NCBI RefSeq assembly: GCF_004010195.1 | Contig: NC_057718.1 | Span: 60,320,137-60,384,136 of the forward strand | Origin: Chiloscyllium plagiosum | Lineage: Eukaryota | DNA length: 64,000 nt | Direction of reading: 5' to 3' | Part shown: in pieces, positions 26,500 through 39,728 of the stretch | Numbering within the stretch: the first letter of the stretch is position 1 | Layout of the letters: each line of letters opens with the position of its first letter | Program-made: the position numbers and the translations under genes | The notes under the pieces: generated by a model | What the model was told of the DNA's origin: nothing | Database searches by the model: none | The model's input: the letters and a program-made list of their open reading frames with translations, nothing else

Positions 26500-27170
26500 A
26501 TTGTGCTGGTAGCTCTTCCATGCTGGCCTCAGTGGAGACTATGACTAAAAGTCTAGAACAAAGGTACAGTTGGAATTATTCTGTTGCCTTGGTATCCTGC
26601 AGAATGGAGATGTTTTTCCTCTCCTAGGTTTGCTTGAGGACCTTGAGCATTTAGGTGCTAGACGTAAGTGTATGATTCAGCATAAAATCCTGTATACTAT
26701 CTGGTAGTCATGAACATTCTACATGGCTTGGGTGGCTTGCACATTCTTCCTATCCTGTGTCTAGATAATCATATAGTGCAGGAGATGCCAATGTTTAGAT
26801 CAGGGATATTTTCTGGTCTTGTATTTTTCTTTCTGCCAAAGAGATATATTTGTGATGGTCAAACCATGTTCATTGCATTTGGTGAGGAGGAATAAAAGGC
26901 CATTGGCAATTGATTTCCCCACTCTTCCGTTCTTAATGGTGCCCTTCCAGAAGGTGGGGTTGCTTTCAACTTTGACATTAAAATCTCCCAGTAGGATCAA
27001 TTTGTCTTATTTTGGGATGGTTGCATGTTCAGAATCAAAATTTGCATAAAGACCTCTTTGGCATTGCCTGTACTATCAGATATTGGAGCATAGTGCTAAT
27101 GATAATGGCCTATAGGTTTGCCACAAAGCCAAAGATGTAGGGTCATGAGCTGTTTGTTAATTCCAATACT
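26500..27170 (-). mobile_element. RTE-clade LINE endonuclease fragment
   Basis: ILLGDFNVKV..WKGTI..GRVGK..NGLLFLLTKCNEHGLTITN..QKEKYKT..SKHWHLL. Confidence 0.8.
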
Positions 27171-27999
27171 AACCTATGCAACATGTGCTACCTCTTTCAG
27201 GCCACCAAGACCACCTAAGTCACAAACAAATGTTTCCTCCCTCTCCATATTGAATATAGCAAATCTCTTCTCAAAGCCAATGTAGTGAACTGTGACCACT
27301 GGAAGGAGCAGAACTTTCTCACGCAGAAGTCTCAAGCAAAACCATCAATACAATTCTTTGAGATCTTGAGAGATCAAAACATCATTTAGGAATACTTCCA
27401 ATATTTGTTGAAATACAAAAGGCTAATCCAACAGATAGCTAAATGACAAGACTGGTGGTCTAGAAAATAGCCTCACCTTATTCCTCATTTTTACTGAACA
27501 ATTTACCAGCCACTGTAGACTCTGTAGGCTGTTAAAATATCTGGTCACTTGGACTAATGGGATGTTACATTTATGAGACAATTGTGACTACACACTGCCA
27601 TGATTCTACGTTTAGCAGAATCAATTTTCCCTTCACTCTGTTGAAAACCATTTCAAATGCTTCTCATTTTTGTTTTATGTTATTGTTTGCCAATATAGTT
27701 GCTCATTGTATTTTTCCAATTTTCTTTGCAGTCCCTCAGAAACAAACTTTTCTCGAATCTATTAACCAGTGCTTTGTGCTTCTTTATCATCATCTTTGAG
27801 CATATTATTTTATGGTCATTGTTGCAAAACCATTCCCTTCCCTTTACGACTGTTGGTGACCAGTGGCCTCAACCATGGCTATCCAATGATAGTGAATTCT
27901 GTCTCTAATGTGGATATAAGCATAAGTGAGGGTTTTTGTCCTTTGCTTGTTAACTCCATCTTGTTTGATTATTCACAACACTATTGTACAATGAGGGTT

Positions 28000-28420
28000 G
28001 TTCACCAGTAACTGTGCTGTATTCGGTTTAGATAATGTGGCTAACTGTGGTTAAGGAATTGGGATTGTTTGAAGTTGTGAGATGAGAATGTGAGGTTTCC
28101 AGCAGTGTTCCATGCGTGAGGGTCAAGTAAATTTAAGAATGTTAGGTTTGAGTTGAGATAGTTGTTCAACAAGTGGTGGGAATGTAGCATACTGAGCAAT
28201 GTGTGAGACTGGTGGAACAGTTTGTGGAATATGGCATCTGCAGAAGCATTTACTGACCTTAACTGCTTGTGTGATGACCTTGATCTTCCTCCTGCACTGT
28301 ATCCAAGCCCTTGAGGCTCCATTTCTGGTTTGATCTCCACAACTAACTGTTGCCATTAATTCTCAAATACTTATCTGTGGGCTTTCTAGCACTGCAGATA
28401 AATAACATTTCTTAATCAGC
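28000..28420 (-). mobile_element. Harbinger Myb/SANT gene remnant
   Basis: RAWIQCRRKIKVITQAVK followed by donor GTCAGT (28257-28252). Confidence 0.55.
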
Positions 28421-29614
28421 ATTTCCTTGACTGAAGTCTTTAGCATAGTCAGTAAGTCTGAGAGATCGCTCTCTGCTATGTTGTGCCATTACTTGCTTCA
28501 AGTAATGCCGAGTAATTTTATATCGTTCTAGCATTTTAACTCCTACTGAAGTAGGCAGCTTTCAACTCAGCATTGTTGCATGCAGAACTTATTGAGATAT
28601 GCAAGCAGTAAGTTTATATGTTGTAATGGGTGTGGGTTAATCACACATCATGAATCCTATCCCAGTTTTTAGCCTTATTGAATTTCACAGCCAGTATTTC
28701 AGTACTATTGAATCCTGAAACAGATATGCCAAAAAAAAGTTCCACTTTTGTTGAGTTGTTGTTTAAAAAGGAGTTTTTATTTCCAATAATGAGAATGCCT
28801 GGAGCAGAGGACTGGAAGATATATGCCTTGTTGTTATGCTTAGAACAGGCATTTTATTTACACAGGACTGTGTCAAAAATGATACAATCCAGGATCTTTA
28901 GAATGGCAGCGTTTCTCTTCAAGCCAGCTAAAGAAACACATTGATACTGACCCTTTTTTTCACAGAGATGGGATTATCTTCCATTATTCAATATTAGGTT
29001 CTGCTTCAGAGAGTTCTACTAGTGCCAAAAGCAGCAGTGGACAGGACCAAAGATACAGTCACCAGAGTCTGAATCTCGCAACTCCAGGTTGTGTCTGAGA
29101 GTGAGTTTCAGGATTAGGTGGGAAGATATGGTTTGAGGAGGATGTTCATGAAGAGACCAGCAGGGTATAGGGTTGGGTGGAATAGATGAAGGCACGGATT
29201 TATTAGATGTTGAGGTATTGAGCGACCCTCAATGTTGGCAGAAGCTTGTTGGTGAAGGCAGCCCTACCCCTTCCCATCCGAGCCTTAAGGGCATTTTCCA
29301 AGCTTGCCTCTGCCCTGGATTCCTCCTGTCAGCCTGAAAATTGACGTTGAGTGGGAAATATCCATTAAGTGATCATTAATTATTCACCTAAAGATATCAG
29401 GATCGGCAGTCTGGACTGGGATTCACTTGTCTCATGGTAAAATTGCAGAGAGGTCAGAACAGGTAGCAGGCCAGTAGAAATGTCTTCCAAGGAATTACTT
29501 AGACCCGTCTTCCCTCTGGCAAGCCCACCAGTGAGGGAACATAACATTTTGTACATTACACATGTGATTTGGACGTTCAAGTTGTACTTATTGTGAGCTT
29601 CTAACACCAATAAT

Positions 29615-29800
29615 GAATTCAGTTAGCCTGGATGGCTGGTCTGCAATACAGAATGATATCTAGCAGAGTAGTTCAATTCACACACTGGCTGAGGTCACAA
29701 TGATGGTCCTGTCTTCTTGACCTTGCACCTCATCTGAGGTGTGATAACTCTCAGTTATCTCTCTAATAAGGGAACAGTCCTCTGGGACTGTGCACCCATA
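29615..29800 (+). mobile_element. Old tRNA-derived SINE remnant
   Basis: Degenerate A box and GTTCAATTC B-box-like motif; short body. Confidence 0.4.
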
Positions 29801-31359
29801 ACAGAGTATATGCAGAAGTGAATGCGTCACTGTCCATGCTTGAAAGAAAGGGCCATTAATGTTTCAAATATCGATTTTACAGTCTAATCATTCAACTGCT
29901 ATTTTAATAATTAATTGAATCCTGTACTGAGATTACTTTTTCTCTACATTTGTACAGATTCTGCATCAATTCTATCATTGTCCTCAACCAAATTGCATTC
30001 TGCCTTCCTATTGTTGAGGCAATGTTAACCTCCTTGCCAAAGTGCAGTTTTTATTCATTAAAAGCATTTCTTTATAGTGAAGGTAAAGTATTACTTAAAC
30101 AGTCTTGCATATGTTTTAATTAATTTATTTTTCTCTTCACTTTTTTTTTTCTTTTAGCTGAAGCATTATACTGAAATAAAATGACCATTTCCTTTACTTG
30201 ATATTGGAGGCACTTAAATAATGTGGAATAATTATTATTGACTAACTTTCCCGAGTCATGATGTTTCATCAATTCTGCAAATGTTGTGCAGAGGCAAACC
30301 TCACTTCAACTTTTATGACAATGTAATTGGTAGTTAGTGTGATATTTGTAAGACAGATAGTCTTAGATGGTGTAACCCCTATAATCCCCTTTTTTACTGC
30401 CACCAAAGGGGCTCATTAAGGAGTAGTCAGTGCCTTAGCAAAGTGATGCAATGGTTCGTGTGCCAATGCAATGGGAAGTTTACATTTTACAGATCTGTCA
30501 CTTCGACTTGATGTACTGCCCCTGCTGTTTGAATCAGGGTTTGAAAATGCTGTGAATATTCCTTTACAATTGCCCTTCAAACAACTAATGAAGTCAGTTT
30601 TTCCATTTTAGAAAAAAGAGAAGCAAGAGGAAAATGCATAGTACATTACAATTTAACAGCAAGACACAATTTTCACTGTTGATTATATAAACTGCTGGTA
30701 AATCATATTTTCATCTTATTAATCAGATTTAATAAGTCCCTAGTTGTCTGATGTATTTGTTTTTTGGTGGAACATTTCATTTTCTTTCTCATTTCCTACA
30801 GTGTGTATGCTGGCCTTCTCTCAAGGTAGAAAGTAATAGACCCTAATTTAACATAATGACACTTTAAACATAAATAGTGATTGCATGTTCCACCAGGTTT
30901 ATAAGAACTGTCTGCTTCACTGGAGTCAAATAAAATGCTTTCTACTGCATGATGATTTTAATAATTATTTCTCATATACAAGATGCAATTATAATGTGAC
31001 AAAATATTAAAGTTGAACTGTACAGAATAAGATTGCCTCTTCCTTGAAAATTGTATATTTAGAAATTTAAATTACAAGGAGACTACACAGACCGGCACAA
31101 CAGGGGTTAAACTCCATGTTTTCTATGGTCGACAAATGTGTTACTCCATGAAATGGTACAATAGGTATTTATCTGGTATCTCCTCCAATGTGCTCAGCTG
31201 ATAAACTAAAGGACTTTTAGGACTGAATTCCACACTCCAACTTGCCTCACAGCACTTCCCTGTTGAGAAAGAATTTTTATCGAAATGAATGACTTCCAAA
31301 TCTAGGACTCAAAATTCAGTTCCTTCGCAGCTATTTATTGTGTGCTATAAATGCCATTT

Positions 31360-31800
31360 TAGGTTCAAAGCTTGGCGTGTGGCACAGATATCAGTTTATC
31401 ACCTCCTGGAGTTGCTTTGGCGATCTCCTGGCTGACAGAAGTGGCCTCCCCAGCATTGGCATGGCAACCTCCTGACCTGGTGCAGCGGCCTCCCTGCACA
31501 GTATGTGACCTTCCGGGCGTCCACAGCAGCCATCTGGTATTGTATGCTGCCAGTTCGGTGTAGAGCCAGGGCCCAGTGCAGACTGGAAGCTAGGTGCCAG
31601 TGTGTCCTGTAGTATTGAACTTTTATTTCTGTAATGCTGAACATCTTATTTCTGTATTGTCTAAATCTTTAACTAAAGAAGCTCTGCTTCTGGACTTTTG
31701 TATCTAAGTTGGTGCTGTAATTGGTGATGCATAAACTTTTCACTATAATCATTAAGTATATGTAACAATAAAGGCTATTCTATTCTATTTTATTCTATTC
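31360..31800 (+). mobile_element. Non-autonomous retroposon with a Rex1-like 3' tail
   Basis: GC-rich head; 3' TTCACT..GTATATGTAACAATAAA plus (ATTCT)n tail, similar to the Rex1 tail at ~38137-38168. Confidence 0.5.
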
Positions 31801-31951
31801 TGGTGCAAGCCCTATCAATGACATTTTAGTGGGAATGTTAGCAACTATGCAAGTGCCATCTGCTAAAAGAGTGCAGAGTAGGCATGCCACAGGGGCAATC
31901 AGCATATCACAGTGAAGGAGGAGGGTTAGCCGTGGATGGAAGTCTTAACTA

Positions 31952-33070
31952 TGTGTGAACTCTAATATTTGAATAACTCTGTGTTGTGATGATGTCAGAA
32001 CAAGATGGAACTGGGACTTGAATGTGTGAGTCTAAGACATCCCCTGCCTCGCCTTCTCTTGTAAGCACTGTTGTACTTAATAAAGTTATTTCACTTACCT
32101 GAGAGTTGACCTGATCTTTCAGTATGGTGCTCTTCATGGATCAAGGACACTCAAGCAGAAGTCACAATAGACTTGAAGAGAAAAGATCCAGATTGAGAAG
32201 AAAGAAAATGTTCACAATTGACTCAGCAAGGGAAGCTCTAAAGCCTACAGTGAGTCCACAAGGACAATCCTCAATGCAGCAGGACATTAGGGTCAGTCAG
32301 CCATTCAGGCAAAGGGTAGTATGGAAAAGGCCACAGGAGGCTGATGAGCTCCACAGATGGTCCACAGAATACTTGCGGCACAGAAGAAAATACAACGGAA
32401 AGGAAGCTGGCAAGCAGTAGAGAACTTAGTCAAAAAAGAAAGTGCCAGCTGACTGCAAATTACAGATATTTATCCAGGTGGGAAATAAAAGAAAGTCCTC
32501 CAGTAGAAAGAATGGGAAGAAATAAGGCACAGTCCATGCCATTAAAGGACCCTGTGAGCAGAAGCTTTGTCCAGTTGGCAATACAGAGTGCAATAAGGGT
32601 CAGGAAAAAGGCCATTATAGAACAGGAGTGGAACATAAAATGTTAAGAACAGACCACATTACTTGAAGAATTTGAGGATGCTAATGAGGATGAAAGCTTC
32701 CTCGGGGATATAATAGGCCCAACAGATAATTTTTGGCACCCAGAGATAACAGACCAGCAAAAGGTTTTCAACTTCCCAATTACATCATCCCAGAAGTTGA
32801 ATTCTGGTTTGCTAACATTAGGTTAACAATGAAACTGAGTACATTTTAGATACAGAAGCTGAGGTGCCTGTTCTCTCAGATTACACACTCAGGCTAAAGC
32901 ATAAGCTACATCAACCATTTGGCTTCAGATTCTAGGATCTATTCCAATAACTATCAGGACAGATAATGAAAACAATCAGTATAATGGCATAGAGATCACT
33001 GATATTCTGTATTTCTCATCATTATTATTTCCTGTGAACCAGGGAAACTTGTAGAGCTTTGAATTTTCTT
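31952..33070 (+). mobile_element. Gypsy LTR retrotransposon remnant (LTR, gag, protease)
   Basis: LTR-like segment with AATAAA then TGGTG; degenerate zinc knuckle CPVGNTECNKGQEKGHY; FLGDI..W; protease ILDTEAEVPVLSD (LDTGA motif). Confidence 0.65.
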
Positions 33071-33903
33071 TCCTCATCATCAGAGGGCATTGACATTGCT
33101 CCATTATGTCACACTGAGCCAGCTAATATTGATGGAACCCTTTTCTCTCTCTTGTCCTTTTCTTCATAAAAACTCAGGAAAGGAAGAGAAGACCTCCAAA
33201 TCTCTCATGCCAACATGAGTGAGCAGAGGTTTGGCTGAACAGTAAATTAACAGAATGTAAATAATCACAACTGCTTCAAGAACAAGAAGAATTACTACCG
33301 GTTCACAATAAAGTGATTAGAGAGACTCACAACTGAAAAGGAAATTAACAGAAAATTTCCACAAGTCCTGCACAGAGGTAACCATTGCTTTTGAAAAGCT
33401 GACTAAAAACATGGTTTGATATTGGAAAAAAGGCTGTTTCATTGACATATTCAAAGTTTGAAGCTCAGTGAAAACTATTAGCTGAGGAATACATCTGCTA
33501 CAATAAGCAAAACTTTCAATGGCAAAGGAAACCCTTGAGGAAGAAAAGAGAACCTCGTGATTTAAATTTGCAGAAGACTGCCTTCGAAAAGCAAGCCTTA
33601 ATTAATTAAAAATATTGACATTTTTATGATTATGGTAAGTATAAGTAATAAACGTTCAACTTCCATAATCTAATTTTAATACATAAAATGGACCAAAGTG
33701 TAAAAGGGACCTCTAAAATGGATACTTACCTAAAATGGTTGCTTTGAACACTTGGCACAATTGAAGTAACCTCATGAAACCACTGGTGTATGAGGATCAG
33801 TGTGAACAAAATAAGCATTATTATGAAACAGCATTGAAACTGCATTGAGATCTGTATCTCCCAGTTGATTCATACCTTTCTAGAAATTAGATATTGGGAT
33901 GAC

Positions 33904-34692
33904 AAGGTGCTGCATTTTGGGAAAGCAAATCTTAGCAGAACTTATACACTTCATGGACATGTTTAATTTATTTAGCCTCCTGAGGAAGAAGAGGCATTGA
34001 ACAAAGAGACCTTGGAGTGCAGGTTCAAAGTTCCTTGAAAGTGGAGTCGCAGGAAGATACGATAGTGAAGAAGGCGTTTGGTATGCTTTCTTTTATTGGT
34101 CAGAGTACTGAGTACAGGAGTTGGGAGGTCATGTTGTGGTTGTACAGGACATTGGTTAGGCCACTGTTGGAATATTGTGTGCAATTCTGGTCTCCTTCCT
34201 ATCGGAAAGATGTTGTGAAACTTGAAAGGGTTCAGAAAGAATTTACAACGATGTTGCCAGGGTTGGAGGATTTGAGCTATACGGAGAGGCTGAACAGACT
34301 GGGGCTGTTTTCTCTGGAGCGTCAGAGGCTGAGGGGTGACCTTATAGAGGCTTACAAAATTATGAAGGGCATGGATAGGGTAAATAGGCAAAGTCTTTTC
34401 CCTGGGGTCAGGGCATATAAAACTAGAGGGCATAGTTTAGGGTGAGAGGGGAAAGCTATAAAAGAGACCTACGGGGCAACTTTTTCACACAGAGGGTAGT
34501 ACGTGTATGGAATGAGCTGCCAGAGGATGTGGTGGAGGCTGGTACAATTGCAACATTTAAGAGGCATTTGGATAGGAAGGGCTTGGAGGGATATGGGCAG
34601 GTGGGAATAGATTGGTTTGGGATATCTGGTCGGCATGGATGGGTTGGACTGAAGGATCTGTTTTCCATGCTGTACATCTCTATGTCTATGAC
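33904..34692 (+). mobile_element. 5'-truncated CR1/HER1-type LINE
   Basis: [46 protein letters not shown] tail. Confidence 0.95.
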
Positions 34693-35142
34693 AGTCATTT
34701 GTAGATAATATAATTTGAAAAAATACAAGGATCAGAATCCACAAAAGAACTATATTTCAGTAATTGGTTTTTGAGCAACAAGTTGAGAATGAAAAATAAA
34801 TATAATGTGATAACATCTAGAAGTCTCCTTTAAACTCAAAGTCAGTACCTGGTGAAAAGACAACTTGTGACAACAGACATTCACCAAAAACTCAAGGGTA
34901 TCTGCAAATATCACCACACTTGAAGCAACAAGATATCAGCTAAGTAATTGGGACTCTGGGCATTCTCATAACTCAAAGACTCTAAGAACTTCAAACTGCA
35001 ATTATCTGATATATCAAACAAACACCCACCATCCGCCTCCCTTCAATTTAACCCATCTTTGTGTGTGTGTTTGATGTCTTTTTTTGGTGTATTAGGAATA
35101 TGATACCTGATTACTGAAAAAAAAAATAAATCTTTGTTACAA

Positions 35143-38100
35143 ATAACAATCTGTCCTGGATCACTCACGTTGATGCGATTGTCAAGATGGGACAATAATG
35201 CCTCTTCTTCCTCAGGAGACTAAATAAATTAAACATGTCCATAAGGACCCTCACCAATTTTTATAGGTGCACGATAGAAAGCATTCTATCTGGATGTATC
35301 ACAGCTTAGTGTCAAAGAGTGTGGTGCTGGTAAAGCACAGCTCACCAAGCAGCATCTGAGGAGCAGGAGAGTCGACATTTTGAGCATGAGCTCTTCATCA
35401 AGAATGAGAGGGGCCCGGGGGGGCTGAGAGATAAATGGGAGGGTTGTGGGGCTGGGGGAAGATGGCTGAGAATGCGATAGGTAGATGAAGGTGGGGGATG
35501 ATGGTGATAGGTGGGAGAGGAGGATGGAGCAGATAAGTGGGAAGGGAGATGGGCAGGTAGGACAGGTCGTGAGGGCAGTGTTGAATTAGAAGGTTGGATC
35601 TGGGATAAGGTGGGGGGAGGGGAAATGAGGAACCTGGTAAAATCAACATTGATTACATGTGATTTGAGGGTCCCAAGGCAGAAGATGAGGCGTTCTTCCT
35701 CCAAGCATCAGGTGGCCCAGGACTTGCATGTCCTTGGTGTAGTGGGGGTGGGTGGGAGATAAAGTATTCGGCTACAGGGAAGTGGGGTTGTTTAGCATGG
35801 GTGTGCCAAGGATGTTCTCTGAAGCATTCCGCAAGTTGGCGTCCTGTCTCCCTAATGTAGAGGAGACCACATCAAGAGCAGCAGACACAGTAGATGACCT
35901 ATGTGGAAGTACAGGTAAATCTCTGTCAGATGTGGAAGAATCTTTTGGGGTCTTGGACGGATGTGAGAGGGGAGATATGGGCGCAGGTTTTGGACTTCTT
36001 ACAGTGGTAGGGAAAGCTGACAAGAGTGGAAGGTGGGTTGTTGGGGGTGGGGGTGTGTGATCCTAACAAGGGAGTCACGGAGGGAATGTTCTCTGTGGAA
36101 TGCAGATAGGAGTAGGGTGGGAAATATATCCCTGGCTGTAGGGTCTGTTTGTAGGTAGTGGAAATGAAAGAGGATGATGCGTTGTATCTGGAGATTGGGG
36201 GGGTAAAATCTGAAGATCAGGGGGGTTCTGTTCTTTTTGTAATTGGAGAGATGGGATTCAAGGGTGGAGGTGTGGGATGTGGCAGAGAGGTGCTGGAGGG
36301 CATCGTCAACCATGTGGGAGGGGAAATTGCAGTCCTTGAAGAATGAGGCCACCTGGGATGTTCTATGGTGGAATTGGTCCTCCTGGGAGCAAATGCAGCA
36401 GAGGCGGAGGAGTTGGGAATAAGCAATAGCATTTTTACAAGACGTAAGGTGGGAGGAGATGTAGTGCAGGTAGCTGTGAGAGTTGGTGGGTTTGAAGTAG
36501 ATGTCCGTGTTGAGTTGGTCACTGGAAATGGTTTTGGCGAGGTCCAGGAAGGGGAGGGAGGTGTTTGAGATGGTCCAGGTGAACTTGAGGTCAGGGTAGA
36601 AGGTGTTAGTGAAGTTGATGAACTGTTCAACCTCCTCATGGGAGCATGAAGTGGCGCTGATACAATCATCAATGTAGCAGAGGAAAAGGTGTGGAATGGC
36701 GCAGGCGTAGTTGCGGAAGATGGACTATTCTATGCATCCGACGAAGAGGCAGGAATAGCTGGGCCCAATGCTGACTCCTTTGGTCTGGAGGAAACGGGAG
36801 GATTCAAAGAAGAAATTGTTAAGGGTGAGAACCAGTCCTGCCAATTGAATAAGTGTGTCAGTGGAGGGGGACTAGTTGGGTTGTTGGGAGAGGAAGAAAT
36901 GGAGGGCTTGGAGTCCTTCGTCATGGCAGATGGATGTGGACAGGGACTGGAGGACCATTGTGAAAATGAGGTATTGCTGGTTGTGGAAATGAAAGTCTTG
37001 GAAGAGGTAGAAGGACTAGATGGTGTCCCAAACGTATGTGGGGAGATTCTGGACTGGGGGACAGGACGGTGTAAAAGTATGCAGAGGTAAATTCGATGGG
37101 GCAGGGGCAGAGGTAGTCTGAGATGATGGGTCAACTGGGGCAGTCAGGTTTGTGAACTTTGGGTAGGATGTAGAACTGGGCGGTGTGGGGTTCTGGGACT
37201 ATGAGGTTGGAGGCTGTTGGTGAGAGATTCCCTGAGGTGCTGAGGTTGTGGGTGGCCTATTGATGATGGTTTGGTGATGAGAGATGAGGTTGTGGTTGAG
37301 GGGCAGTAGGAGGAGGTGTCCGTGAGTTGGTGCCTGGTTTCAGCAGTGTAGAGGTCAGTGCGCCAAACTACCATAGCACCCCCATTCTCTGCTGGTTTGA
37401 TGGTGACGTTGGGATTGGATTGGAGGGAGTATAGAGCCATGCGTTGCAAGGGCAGAAGGTTGGAATGGGTTAGAGGAGTGGACAGTTTGAGGCTGTCAAT
37501 ATCACACTGACAGAGATGAAGAGATCGAGTGCGGGTAACAGCATGGGGTGTCCAGGTGGCTGGGGTGTGTTGGAGGCAAGAGAACGGGTCCTTGGAGGGT
37601 GGGTGGGAGTCCTGATGGAAAAAGTAAGCACGAAGGCAGAGCCAGCGGAAGAAAGGTTCGATGTCACAATGTGTGTGGAATTCATTGATCCCGGAGCATA
37701 GTGGGATGAAGGTGAGGCCTTTACTGAGGACTGATTGTTCATCCTCAGTGAGGGAGAGGTCTGGCGGGATGGTGAAAACACAAAGGCTAGGGCCTGATGT
37801 GGAGCTGAAGTTGGGAGTGGAGACAGAGATAGTCTCTGGAGTGGGTGTATTTATGGGATCGTGGGTGACATCATCAACCCTGATTATAATTTCTTCCAAC
37901 CTCTTCCATCAGACAGAAGAAACAAAAGCTTAAAGAATCTTACCAACAGGTCCAAGAACAGCTTCTTCCCTTCTGTTATTAGATGTCTGAATGGTCCTCT
38001 CAAATTTCAAATCTACAGTTGATCATGGTTTTGTGCACCTTCTTTGCAGCCATAGCTTTGTACTCCCTGCTCTGTTCAGTCACCCTGTAATCTTTGTATG

Positions 38101-38170
38101 GTATGATCTTCCATGTTTGCATGCAGAACAAAATGCTTCACTGTATCTAGGTACATGGGACAATAACCAT
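35143..38170 (+). mobile_element. Rex1/Babar LINE 3' fragment, split by a Penelope element
   Basis: 35143-35312 NNLSW..FFLRRL..TLTNFYRCTIESILSGCITA; 37875-37992 FFQPLPSDRR..SL..TNRSKNSFFPSVIRCLN. Confidence 0.85.
35313..37872 (-). mobile_element. Near full-length decayed Penelope-like element
   Basis: SVLSKGLTFIP, VTIKPAENGGAMVVW, RT region, C-terminal EEERLIFCLGTL..INVDF, pLTR at 35313-35600. Confidence 0.92.
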
Positions 38171-38789
38171 CTTCAAAATCAACTGAAACGAAGTTAAAAA
38201 GAGGGGAATCAATTTTCCCATCTCCCCTGGCTTTTACAACCTCTAGAATCATTATGATCTCTTGCACTTTTAATCAATGCTTTTTTAAAAACCTTTTACA
38301 ATCAAGACATCTAGATTTATTGTTGGGCAAAATTCAGACTAGGTTTCATGATCTCTCTCATTCCTCCATTATTCCTCAAATTAAAGAGCAATCCCAAACC
38401 ATAACAGCCTTATAAACTTTGTATTTATAATAACATATAAAAAGTGCTATGTTGTTTCGTTCAAACAGCCAACTTGTCCTAAAAGCATTCAGTTCTCAAC
38501 GAAGGAAGTTCTGCTGATGGCATGGTACTGCTGTAACAAGTATTCCCTGGGAAATAGTTATTCCATTTATCCTTCATGGAACAAATCAGACATCCCACTG
38601 TGACACAAAGAACAGACGACTCAAAGGTTTCCATGTTTTGAACTATTCCATGTGCCAGATTTAATGTAAAGAATAAAACCAGACATAATGGTAATGAAAG
38701 TATGTATTTCAAAGCTGGTTATGTCAACAGAGGATGAAATTAAAACAGTAATAATGAATGAGTGAGTTGCAGAAATGCCCAAGGAAAAG

Positions 38790-39728
38790 TTAACAGATGT
38801 TTCAGGTATAACTCTATTCTCAGTATAATGAGTGAAGATTCAGGATCATTGAAATAATGCATGAGAAAAATAGTTCCGAGGAAAAGAATGAAAGTATTAA
38901 TGAATCTGAACAGATCATATTGATCACAAAGGATTTTAATCCTGTGATGAATGCATTAGTCACAGATTCCTTTAATTATGTAGTATCTTATTGTTAATGT
39001 TCTTCAATAGTGTGTGGAATGGGTACATTAAAATTTTACCTTGATTAGCGAGGTAGTGAGGATCGACACAAGGCAAAGGAATATAGTAGTATTGCTCGCT
39101 TTGATAGCACCTTGAAGTCATTCAACGGTGGTAAATCCATGTAAAACAGCTAAAAAAAAATTCTATTTTATATGGACAAATATACTGTGCTGTGAGATTT
39201 TATGCTATTGTGTAATCTTATATTGAAAAAGGCACAGATAAAGCTTAACATCGAACACATTTCGGCAGTTATTGTTCGGAAATCATAGGATTCATCATTT
39301 ACCCAGTCAGGACATTATTGTACCCATTTAACAAAACTTAATGTTCCTCATCAAAGTGCCTTATATTAATGGTATCAGATGATAAGGCAATGAGAGAAAA
39401 GAATATCCTAAATTTACAGAAACAATTTGCTTATTAGTAACAATATGTGCTGCTGAAAGATGCAGGAGGGTTGATGAAATGTACACAAAACAAATAGTAA
39501 GAACAGTTTCTGAGAACTGTGAAATCTGAAGTAAAAAGTGTAAAAGGATGCTCTCAAAACCTATCATAAGTCTGGCATTAGCATGAGACTTTATTCTAGC
39601 TCCCTGGAATCTATCTATTAATGAGGCAAAGACAGAAATATTTTCAAATTACTTTTCTTGACTTGGCTACAAGATGAGGTGTTTCAGCACTAATAGTAAG
39701 TCAAGTAAATATACTGTAGATCAAAATT
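38790..39728 (+). mobile_element. Copia-superfamily (GalEa-like) LTR retrotransposon remnant: protease and integrase start
   Basis: DSFNYVV..CSSIVCG; KKAQIKLNIE; FTQSGHYC; LQKQFA; SENCEI..KPIISLALA*DF; DLATR. Integrase directly after protease is Copia gene order. Appears to resume briefly at ~44677-44715. Confidence 0.6.

Noticed and set aside
30158..30185. Acceptor-like TTTTCTTTTAG followed by a few codons and a stop
   Set aside because: Too short to identify; T-tract plus AG occurs often by chance.
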